Virus record (IMG/VR): IMGVR_UViG_3300026097_000012
Span: 8,953-72,952 of that record
Source: a virus
Lineage: Duplodnaviria; Heunggongvirae; Uroviricota; Caudoviricetes
Length of the DNA: 64,000 nucleotides
Reading direction: 5' to 3' (one strand)
Made by a program: the position numbers and the translations under genes. The notes below the pieces were generated by a model. The model was not told where the DNA came from, did not search any database, and worked only from the letters and a program-made list of their open reading frames with translations. Numbering within the stretch: the first letter of the stretch is position 1; each line of letters begins with the position of its first letter. Below are positions 56,801-64,000 of this stretch, piece after piece.

Positions 56801-56996
56801 AACGATAATTCACAGTAGGACACTTGGAAAGTTTATAGAAGAAGTCGAAAATAGGCTAATAGATGAGCGTCGTGATTTGTCAAAATATATTGATTCATTG
56901 TCAACTGAGCTAAATGTAACTAAAAAATATAGCGACTATCTAGCTGAAAGATTAGATGATGCATTGACTAGAATTTCTAAATTAGAAAATCCATAA
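56784..56996 (+). CDS. hypothetical protein
   Basis: ORF only. Confidence 0.4.
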   Translation: MVARNKTIIHSRTLGKFIEEVENRLIDERRDLSKYIDSLSTELNVTKKYSDYLAERLDDALTRISKLENP

Positions 56997-56998
56997 TA

Positions 56999-57259
56999 AT
57001 GGAAGAAGTACCACAGTGGATAAAATATCAGATTAGTCATTATCGACAACAGGGATGGACAAAAGAAGAACTTGATGAAAAATACAAACGCTTTTCATTT
57101 AAAGTAATAATCGATAATTTTCCTAACTATGGAGGAAATGCTCTTGGTAATAAAACGGAAGCATACTTTGAAAAGGAATTAGATTACGAGTATATTACTC
57201 CATCTTATTCTGAACTAAGCATAGAAGAGAAAAAAATATATCGACATGGAAGGAACTGA
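56999..57259 (+). CDS. hypothetical protein
   Basis: ORF only. Confidence 0.4.
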   Translation: MEEVPQWIKYQISHYRQQGWTKEELDEKYKRFSFKVIIDNFPNYGGNALGNKTEAYFEKELDYEYITPSYSELSIEEKKIYRHGRN

Positions 57260-57530
57260 ATGGAAAATTGAAAAGAGTGAATATTTTGATGAATTTGGAG
57301 AATTAAAAAATACTAAGTTCTTCGTGTACACTTATAAGCGATGGCTTGGTTTATTTTATTATAAATCATATGTGAAGCATACAGATTGTGGATGGGGAGA
57401 TTGTTGCAAAGTAAAGACCACCTTTGAAGAAGTAGATGATGCTAGGAAATTTATCACTTCAAACTTATGCACGGGCGGACCTAAAGAAGAAAATATATAC
57501 ACTGACGTCGAAACCGTAAAGTGTAGCTAA
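57246..57530 (+). CDS. hypothetical Cys-rich protein
   Basis: ORF only. Confidence 0.4.
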   Translation: MEGTEWKIEKSEYFDEFGELKNTKFFVYTYKRWLGLFYYKSYVKHTDCGWGDCCKVKTTFEEVDDARKFITSNLCTGGPKEENIYTDVETVKCS

Positions 57531-57543
57531 AGTATAAGATATC

Positions 57544-57942
57544 ATGAATACATTAATAGAAAAAATCAATTCGGATTTCATGGACGCTTACAAAGCGAAA
57601 GACATGGATAAAAAAAACTTCTTGGGAGTTCTTAAAACAGAAGTTACTAAGGAAAGTAAAACTCCTAATGATGCTCATGTTATGTCTAAGATAAAGAGCA
57701 TGATTAAGAATGCGAAAGCTACAGATTCTTTGACTGAATCTGAATTACAAATTATTAATAAGTATTTACCATTGCAAATGTCTGATCAGTTGCTTGAAGA
57801 TAGAATTAGATTCTACGTTAGTGCTGAAAATATTGATTCACCTAGTCAAATGGGTAAAGTAATGGGATTCTTAAAGCAAAATTACGACGGTCAATACGAC
57901 GGTAAAAAAGCTTCAATTCTTACAAAACAAATTTTAGGATAA
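57544..57942 (+). CDS. GatB/YqeY-domain protein
   Basis: MNTLIEKINSDFMDAYKAKD...LGVLKTEV, a YqeY-like N-terminus. Confidence 0.55.
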   Translation: MNTLIEKINSDFMDAYKAKDMDKKNFLGVLKTEVTKESKTPNDAHVMSKIKSMIKNAKATDSLTESELQIINKYLPLQMSDQLLEDRIRFYVSAENIDSPSQMGKVMGFLKQNYDGQYDGKKASILTKQILG

Positions 57943-58412
57943 TGGAGAACGAAAAAGACGGATTAATACCTGGATTTATTGGGGAAGCAATGAGAAGTGC
58001 AAACCTTGAACATATTCAAAAAGAAGAAGATCTAGGTAAAGATATCAACCCACTTGAAAAAAATAAACCAAATAATATGGAAAATTCAGAAAAAACGCTA
58101 GAAGAAGCAATAGCTGAAAATCAAGCAATACACAGTGGATCAAGTGTAGTTGTAACAAATGAAATGGTCGAAAAATTAAAAAAAGAAAACGAAAGTATGG
58201 AAAATTTAAATGAAGTGGCTGCTCCAGCTGTTGTTGAACCTACGACTAAGTGTAAAGTAATTAGTGGTAAAAATGGAATCGAGTTAGAAAAATCAATCAA
58301 TTTATTTTTAGATGAAACTAAGAATATTGATATTATCAGAACTGATTTCGGAACCGCAGTTGGCGGAGTATATTACACTATATTATACAAAACTAGAACA
58401 GAAAGAGTATAA
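57942..58412 (+). CDS. hypothetical protein
   Basis: ORF only. Confidence 0.45.
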   Translation: MENEKDGLIPGFIGEAMRSANLEHIQKEEDLGKDINPLEKNKPNNMENSEKTLEEAIAENQAIHSGSSVVVTNEMVEKLKKENESMENLNEVAAPAVVEPTTKCKVISGKNGIELEKSINLFLDETKNIDIIRTDFGTAVGGVYYTILYKTRTERV

Positions 58413-58417
58413 TAACA

Positions 58418-58615
58418 ATGAAAATTAATATTTGGATACGGCGAGAAAGTATTGACGATTTGTCATATTTCTTATCTGATAATTTTGAATGGTCTAGTGA
58501 TATCGAAATACCAATTTGGTATTCTAATCCAAGAAGTGGAGAAATCAATGGAATCAATGGTTTTCTCTGCGTATCCTTAAGTTATAAAGAATTTAAAAAG
58601 TTAGAGGACTTATGA
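58418..58615 (+). CDS. hypothetical protein
   Basis: ORF only. Confidence 0.4.
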   Translation: MKINIWIRRESIDDLSYFLSDNFEWSSDIEIPIWYSNPRSGEINGINGFLCVSLSYKEFKKLEDL

Positions 58616-59103
58616 GAATAACAAAAGATGCAATATATTTTTGGGGAGGATCATTTAGTCAATGGTTTAAGTCTCCATTTGAAGTAAACGGAGTAGAATA
58701 CGTAACTGCTGAGCAGTATATGATGGCTATGAAAGCTAAGACATTCGAAGGAAACGAAGATATTCTTGAAAAAATTATGTCAACTGGAAATGCTAAAAAA
58801 CAAAAAGCACTAGGTCGACAGGTTAGAAATTTTGATACTGACGAATGGAATGAAGTTAGTATGGGACATGTAGTAACTGCAAACATTGCAAAGTTTTCTC
58901 AAAGTGAAAGTTTACTTGCTGAATTAATTGAGAGTGGAGACAGGGAATTAGTAGAAGCAAGTCCACATGATACTATATGGGGAATAGGACTTCATTGGAA
59001 CGACGACGCTGTATTAGACAAAGAAAAATGGAGAGGAGAAAACAAACTAGGTAAAGCAATAATGACTGCTAGAGAAACCATATTACAACAAATAGAAGTA
59101 TGA
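58612..59103 (+). CDS. NADAR (YbiA-like, DUF1768) domain protein
   Basis: IYFWGGSFSQWFKSPFEVNGVEYVTAEQYMMAMKAKTF. Confidence 0.75.
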   Translation: MRITKDAIYFWGGSFSQWFKSPFEVNGVEYVTAEQYMMAMKAKTFEGNEDILEKIMSTGNAKKQKALGRQVRNFDTDEWNEVSMGHVVTANIAKFSQSESLLAELIESGDRELVEASPHDTIWGIGLHWNDDAVLDKEKWRGENKLGKAIMTARETILQQIEV

Positions 59104-59315
59104 AAACAGTAATTACATTTTTAATAACATTCATATTCATAAGCTTATTTAATTCTTGGATAACAACTTATGCTATTGAGGGAACCATATTCATTGACGA
59201 ATTAATAGACATTAGATCTATATTTATTAGAATTATTATTTCTTTGCTTTTAACTAGTATGATTATTAGAATTATAAATAAAAAATCATCTACGACTTCA
59301 AATACTCGATCTTAG
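59100..59315 (+). CDS. small membrane protein
   Basis: Two hydrophobic stretches. Confidence 0.35.
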   Translation: MKTVITFLITFIFISLFNSWITTYAIEGTIFIDELIDIRSIFIRIIISLLLTSMIIRIINKKSSTTSNTRS

Positions 59316-59499
59316 TAGGATCTAGTTGGACTAATCCGTTAGGTTCATATGGAATTTTACTAATTCCCATTGTAGCATCTAGTATTTTATCAACTGGGTG
59401 CTTTTCTTGTTGATTAGGGTTAGGTCCATATTGAACCCCATCATTATATGGATTAGTACCTTTGAATACTTTACCTGACATTATACCTGGTTTCTTCAT
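59290..59499 (-). CDS. hypothetical protein (69 aa)
   Basis: Minus-strand promoter motif at 59509..59522, 9 nt from the start. Confidence 0.45.
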   Translation of the reverse strand: MKKPGIMSGKVFKGTNPYNDGVQYGPNPNQQEKHPVDKILDATMGISKIPYEPNGLVQLDPTKIEYLKS

Positions 59500-59508
59500 A
59501 GTTTAATA

Positions 59509-59522
59509 TTTTTATTATTTAT
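59509..59522 (-). promoter_or_regulatory. phage promoter-like motif (minus strand)
   Basis: Reverse complement of the 14-mer, 9 nt upstream of the 59499 start. Confidence 0.45.
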
Positions 59523-59541
59523 AGTAGAATATACTAATATT

Positions 59542-59982
59542 ATGACCGAGTTAGAAGCAGAACACATACAGAACTCAATTAATGTGCTACAAGAATTACT
59601 TGATGCGCATTATGCCAGTTTAAATAGAATTAGGCCTCAGGAAAAAGGTCTAAAGTTATACAATGCTAATTTTGATATACGTTGGAGATTAACTGGAGAA
59701 ATATTACATTATATTGAGATTGAAAATACTGGATCTATTCCAATCTCAATGCACGTTTATCAATTGCATTTCAATCATGCAATGATACATATAATTCCTC
59801 CCGTTGAGCTTAACGAGCCTCTTGAAAATTACGGAGCAGTGCCCATTGGAATAGCATATATTCATGCAGGAGGCACTGAGACGTCATATGTTGGATATCC
59901 ATGTAATATACATACACCAATTATGATACAAATAAAAGATGATCAGCATAATGAAATATTAAAAACAATTAAAGTAGAATAA
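59542..59982 (+). CDS. hypothetical protein
   Basis: ORF only. Confidence 0.45.
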   Translation: MTELEAEHIQNSINVLQELLDAHYASLNRIRPQEKGLKLYNANFDIRWRLTGEILHYIEIENTGSIPISMHVYQLHFNHAMIHIIPPVELNEPLENYGAVPIGIAYIHAGGTETSYVGYPCNIHTPIMIQIKDDQHNEILKTIKVE

Positions 59983-59986
59983 TACT

Positions 59987-60349
59987 ATGGAAAAGTTCAG
60001 AACAGGAAATGTAGTTAGATTAGCTCAAGGTTCTTTAGTTATCATATCTGGATATCGAAATGTAGAATCTAATACTTTTCCTAATAGCGAAGATCATAAC
60101 TATAAAGTCTGTGACTATATTTATGTAGACTCTCAATCAATGAGTGGATGTAGTAGAACAATTACCACTGTTAAGAAAGAATCATGTAGTTGTAGTATGG
60201 TAAATGGACGACCTTTAGAAGATTGCGAAGATTGTGATGGAAAAGGAAATTTCATGGAAACCAGAGAAGGAATGGATATGGCTAAATTAATAGCACCAAA
60301 CGTAAAATCTTGGATAATCGATACATTAACAAATAAATTTAATTTTTAA
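59987..60349 (+). CDS. hypothetical Cys-containing protein
   Basis: ORF only. Confidence 0.45.
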   Translation: MEKFRTGNVVRLAQGSLVIISGYRNVESNTFPNSEDHNYKVCDYIYVDSQSMSGCSRTITTVKKESCSCSMVNGRPLEDCEDCDGKGNFMETREGMDMAKLIAPNVKSWIIDTLTNKFNF

Positions 60350-60351
60350 TC

Positions 60352-60642
60352 ATGAAAAAAGCAAAACACTTCGCGATATTATCGCTTTTAACATTTGTGC
60401 TATGGTATGCTGTAATTGGAATCATAGAATGGGATATCAACTGGATCGACTTTATGCCAGATGCTACAAGATCTCAAAGAGGATATTTTATTCTGGGAGT
60501 CCTTATTAAATTAGGACTTGACATATGGCTGTGGTCTTATATTAAAAATAAGTACTTTGATCAGGATCCAAGCGAGGAAGAAGCAAGACTTAAAGCTGAA
60601 AACGAAAAGCTTAGAAAAATGTTTAATAAAGACGAAGTATAA
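60352..60642 (+). CDS. small membrane protein
   Basis: Two TM helices. Confidence 0.45.
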   Translation: MKKAKHFAILSLLTFVLWYAVIGIIEWDINWIDFMPDATRSQRGYFILGVLIKLGLDIWLWSYIKNKYFDQDPSEEEARLKAENEKLRKMFNKDEV

Positions 60643-61061
60643 TGCGTAAGTACGAAGAAGGATACGAACTAGCAGAAGATGAATTCCTATTAAAGATTCA
60701 GAAAGATGCATGGGAGGACGGAACCAATAAGGGATTCTTGACTAAGTTTAATAAGAACGGAACGATGCCCGTTGCGTTTAAAGAATGGCCGAGTCGTTAT
60801 TATAGAAAAACAGACGAGGATATTCCGATCTATATACATAAAGAAGAATTCTCAAGTGGATGGAAGGTCATGTCATGGCGATTTGGACAGAGTCAAAACT
60901 GGGCATCTCTCGTTCATCCTGCAGGATTTACAGTTGAGATCTATTTAGTTCAATTGCTGGAAATAATGAAGTCACACACGCTAGTCAAGGGTGAACTACA
61001 GGGAGAGTTTAAGTGGCAAGATCACAAGCTAATATGTAAAACACATCAGCATGAAAAGTAA
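60642..61061 (+). CDS. hypothetical protein
   Basis: ORF only. Confidence 0.45.
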   Translation: MRKYEEGYELAEDEFLLKIQKDAWEDGTNKGFLTKFNKNGTMPVAFKEWPSRYYRKTDEDIPIYIHKEEFSSGWKVMSWRFGQSQNWASLVHPAGFTVEIYLVQLLEIMKSHTLVKGELQGEFKWQDHKLICKTHQHEK

Positions 61062-61222
61062 ATTCAACTGGTTCACATTTATTGCAAGCTTGATTATGTC
61101 AGTTATTCTTACATTCCTAATATTACAGGACTTTGAAATATGGGAACGTTTAAAAATATCAATTGCATTAATTGTGACGTCGTTTATTGCAACTTTACTT
61201 TTACCAAAATTAGATAGTTAAC

Positions 61223-61489
61223 ATGATAAGTGGAAAAAAACTAATAGGTAACGTTCAAACTAGATTTAAAGAAATATTTAGACCAAATCGACAGTGGGAT
61301 GCTTGGAGAAGTTTTTATAATGGATGGATCGAAGGTAGAACTGATTTGGTATTTGAAATGAAAGAAGAAGGTCACGTTGCATATGAATTCCACAATGAGG
61401 AGACCGGACATTGCTATGTTGACTATATTGACCATGAAGAAATGGGAGAAGGGGATGGTTACACTAAGACTAAACTTTATAAATTTTAA
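61223..61489 (+). CDS. hypothetical protein
   Basis: ORF only. Confidence 0.4.
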   Translation: MISGKKLIGNVQTRFKEIFRPNRQWDAWRSFYNGWIEGRTDLVFEMKEEGHVAYEFHNEETGHCYVDYIDHEEMGEGDGYTKTKLYKF

Positions 61490-61593
61490 AATATGATCTT
61501 TAATATTACATACATAACAAGAGTGGGATCGACCAATGCTAGCAGGGACTTGTCGATTGAGAACAGAAGTCACTCTTTTTTAAAAAGGATATT

Positions 61594-61992
61594 ATGAATT
61601 TATATAAAATTACATTTTCTCACACTGCACCGAAGGACCAAAAGGAAGGAATAAAGGGTTATTTACTTGCTGAAAACAACGAACAGGTTTATCATTACGT
61701 AGACAAAACGTTTAATTATGGATGTTGGAAAGACAGTGATGAAGATAAAGAGCCTATTGAATTACACGATGATGATTGGAATGTAATAGGAACTGAAACA
61801 TTTAAGGAAAAAATGATAAGAATAAGGGGTGAACAACATGATGAGGATTATGACTACTGTGATGCCTATTATGGAATAACCCTGTATGGCTGGGAACTGG
61901 TTAAAGAAGGTGTGTACTCGGCTGATTATACTGAAATGATTGAATTAGGAATTATAGATACACTCAAACCGACGATTAATGAGACCAACTAA
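61594..61992 (+). CDS. hypothetical protein
   Basis: ORF only. Confidence 0.45.
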   Translation: MNLYKITFSHTAPKDQKEGIKGYLLAENNEQVYHYVDKTFNYGCWKDSDEDKEPIELHDDDWNVIGTETFKEKMIRIRGEQHDEDYDYCDAYYGITLYGWELVKEGVYSADYTEMIELGIIDTLKPTINETN

Positions 61993-62200
61993 GAAACAAG
62001 ATGCAAAGATTAATGTTATCACTTCTAATATAGAGGAGATATTGAATCAAAATCAAATAGGTGATAAAGACGACTTTCTAAGCTCAATGAGTGAGATCAT
62101 TTGTCAAATGGACACTGATATTGCAATAGGGGTAATGGAGAGACTGGGACCAGAGGGAAGGGAACAGGCAATGGCAATTAAAGTAAATTATGGATATTAA
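61979..62200 (+). CDS. hypothetical protein
   Basis: ORF only. Confidence 0.4.
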   Translation: MRPTKKQDAKINVITSNIEEILNQNQIGDKDDFLSSMSEIICQMDTDIAIGVMERLGPEGREQAMAIKVNYGY

Positions 62201-62447
62201 GCAAATAGAATGGGTTCATGTCGAAGGTCGCCCAATATCTAAATGGTTTGGAAGGATTAATGGCCGAGTTCTATTTGAAATCTGTCATTTTAAAAACGAC
62301 CGATTTAATGATCATAAATTGATGACTTCTAAGACATTTAACATGGAAATGAAAAAATCTGAGGACATAGAAGATCTGATGGAAACTGCTCAGATCCTAT
62401 TAGAAGCCTATATAAATAGTTTTAAAGATGATAAAAGCACTAGATGA
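62190..62447 (+). CDS. hypothetical protein
   Basis: ORF only. Confidence 0.4.
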   Translation: MDIKQIEWVHVEGRPISKWFGRINGRVLFEICHFKNDRFNDHKLMTSKTFNMEMKKSEDIEDLMETAQILLEAYINSFKDDKSTR

Positions 62448-62763
62448 TGACGGTATAGTATGTTATACTGCATGTTCAGATGATAAGGTAAAAGCCGGGG
62501 CCTGTAAATGTCAAAACCGACTGGGGTTATTGGCACAAGTCGGAAAGCGGGATAATTTTGAAACAGTAAAGATAAACACAGCGATCGAATCAGACCTGGG
62601 GTTATGGGAATTATTCAGAATTGCCGGGTCCGATCGATATACTTTACAGAAGTGGGGAGAGGATTCTGATTATCCGTTGGTAGAATTGAATTTAACTCTG
62701 GACGAGTTTAAAGACCTGGAGACACTTTTCGGAAATATAGAAAACCTTGGAAGTATTGACTGA
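62428..62763 (+). CDS. hypothetical protein
   Basis: ORF only. Confidence 0.4.
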   Translation: MIKALDDDGIVCYTACSDDKVKAGACKCQNRLGLLAQVGKRDNFETVKINTAIESDLGLWELFRIAGSDRYTLQKWGEDSDYPLVELNLTLDEFKDLETLFGNIENLGSID

Positions 62764-62848
62764 CTACTGGACAGACGAATCAGCAGGGTCACAAGCCTCG
62801 CTTGAGAAAATTTTTTCGTCACTGTCACCGTGGTTTAATTTTTAGTAT

Positions 62849-63040
62849 ATGAAAGAAGAAAGAAAGTTACGAAAGTTGGAAGCAGGACCTATTTTAGGAA
62901 AATGGTACGTAAAGGGAACCATTTTTAAAGTCGTATCAGAAGACGGAATGAGAGGATTAGATGTAGAAGATCCAGACGGAAAGATCATTGGAGAAATCCG
63001 TATGATTATGAATCAGTTTGAATGGGTAGATGAAGAATAG
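62849..63040 (+). CDS. hypothetical protein (TAG stop)
   Basis: ORF only. Confidence 0.4.
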   Translation: MKEERKLRKLEAGPILGKWYVKGTIFKVVSEDGMRGLDVEDPDGKIIGEIRMIMNQFEWVDEE

Positions 63041-63251
63041 ACCACAATCAACCGGAATAGATAAACTGAAGGAGAAAACCCTGAATCAGTTTAAATCTAC
63101 ATGTGGTCTATGTGATGGTATTGAATACAGATTAGAAGGAGAAAATGATTTATGGAGACTTATTGGAACCAGAGTTGCTGATGATCAGGTTCAATCTGTT
63201 AAATTTGGATTAGGGAAAAAGTATGGATCTAGTAGAAAATTTAAATCTTAA
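63030..63251 (+). CDS. hypothetical protein
   Basis: ORF only. Confidence 0.4.
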   Translation: MKNRPQSTGIDKLKEKTLNQFKSTCGLCDGIEYRLEGENDLWRLIGTRVADDQVQSVKFGLGKKYGSSRKFKS

Positions 63252-63310
63252 TGTAGCTCATAGTTTACGTGCTGTTATTAGAAATGAACTAGACAAAATA
63301 CCGATTAGGG

Positions 63311-63535
63311 ATGATAATAAGGGTTAAAGGTTTATCAGTTCGTAGCATAATAGATAGGACCCTCAATCGGGATACTGATATAGATTTACGTTATGAAGTA
63401 GGGGTTAAGTTTACTGCAGAAGAATTGCAAAGCATGCATTGGATGCAAGGTCAGCGCGTAGAAGAAGTCATAGACCTCATTGGGGAAGGCATTAAGTCTG
63501 AGATGAGGCGCATACACGAAAAGAACAAAAGGTAG
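63311..63535 (+). CDS. hypothetical protein (TAG stop)
   Basis: ORF only. Confidence 0.4.
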   Translation: MIIRVKGLSVRSIIDRTLNRDTDIDLRYEVGVKFTAEELQSMHWMQGQRVEEVIDLIGEGIKSEMRRIHEKNKR

Positions 63536-63786
63536 TGTCTATAGAAGCAGTAGGTACATATAATGGAATTCCAGTCTATGCAGATCCCCATTCTGAGGAA
63601 GATAAAATCTTGGTATTGCGTAAGCAGGATTCTAAACCAATGAGAGAAACCAGATATCCGTATCCTAGGATAAAGGGACTTTGTCACAGTGAAAATAATA
63701 TAAAGGCATTTATTGTACATCCCGGTATGGCTAGCGATTTAATTGCAGGATTAAATAAATATAAATCAATATTTAAAGATGACTAG
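63535..63786 (+). CDS. hypothetical protein (GTG start, TAG stop)
   Basis: ORF only. Confidence 0.35.
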   Translation: MSIEAVGTYNGIPVYADPHSEEDKILVLRKQDSKPMRETRYPYPRIKGLCHSENNIKAFIVHPGMASDLIAGLNKYKSIFKDD

Positions 63787-64000
63787 AAGAATAGAAACCG
63801 GAAGACGATGGGTACGAACTAAAAAGATGACCTGTGTTACAATTAAGATGTCATTGCAAATAAAGATACTAGGAGTATGGATAACCTTACATCGATATGA
63901 AATAGAAAAGTGGTGTGAAAATATAAATCAATAAAAAGTAACATGGCATTAGTAAAACCAGACTACAAATTAAAGAGAGCAAATTCACTATTTAAGTTCA

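Overview
This is an AT-rich window from a large lytic phage. A block of nearly co-oriented +-strand genes is interrupted only by a few short minus-strand genes, and a very large tRNA island sits at about 41.2 to 51.7 kb. Promoter architecture (-33 TTTG / -7 TAnnTTTG), a lipobox, and gene content suggest a Bacteroidetes (Flavobacteriia-type) host; this is inference.

Recognisable genes include a terminase large subunit, two phage-encoded sigma-70-family sigma factors, a DNA ligase (KxDG), a CHAP + glucosaminidase endolysin and a Nudix hydrolase. Others are a small HD-domain (p)ppGpp-hydrolase-like protein, an SPFH/flotillin-like protein, a NADAR (YbiA-like) protein, a Pol-beta-type nucleotidyltransferase, HD and cupin proteins, and three HNH homing endonucleases. 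At least 27 tRNAs are present.

The most interesting items are:
1. A terminator-bounded six-gene operon (15.7 to 19.6 kb) encoding a vWA protein, an adenylosuccinate-synthetase (PurA/PurZ)-like enzyme, a small nucleotide-pyrophosphohydrolase-like protein, a mini P-loop protein and an unmistakable T4 beta-glucosyltransferase homolog. This is a candidate DNA/nucleotide hypermodification module.
2. A tRNA with anticodon CTA (amber suppressor) lying 45 nt upstream of a PTH2-like peptidyl-tRNA hydrolase gene that has an in-frame TAG after codon 8.
3. Two copies of a circularly permuted tRNA-like module (T-arm, acceptor hairpin, D-arm) with fully compensatory substitutions, associated with a recurring bipartite motif GGATTAG-N6-9-CTTCCTTC.
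4. A conserved 14 to 16-nt AT motif (ATAAATAATAAAAA) 0 to 15 nt upstream of more than 15 genes on both strands. It is probably a phage late/middle promoter read by one of the phage sigma factors.
5. Several long structured non-coding stretches inside the tRNA island.

No CRISPR array, integrase or transposase was seen.
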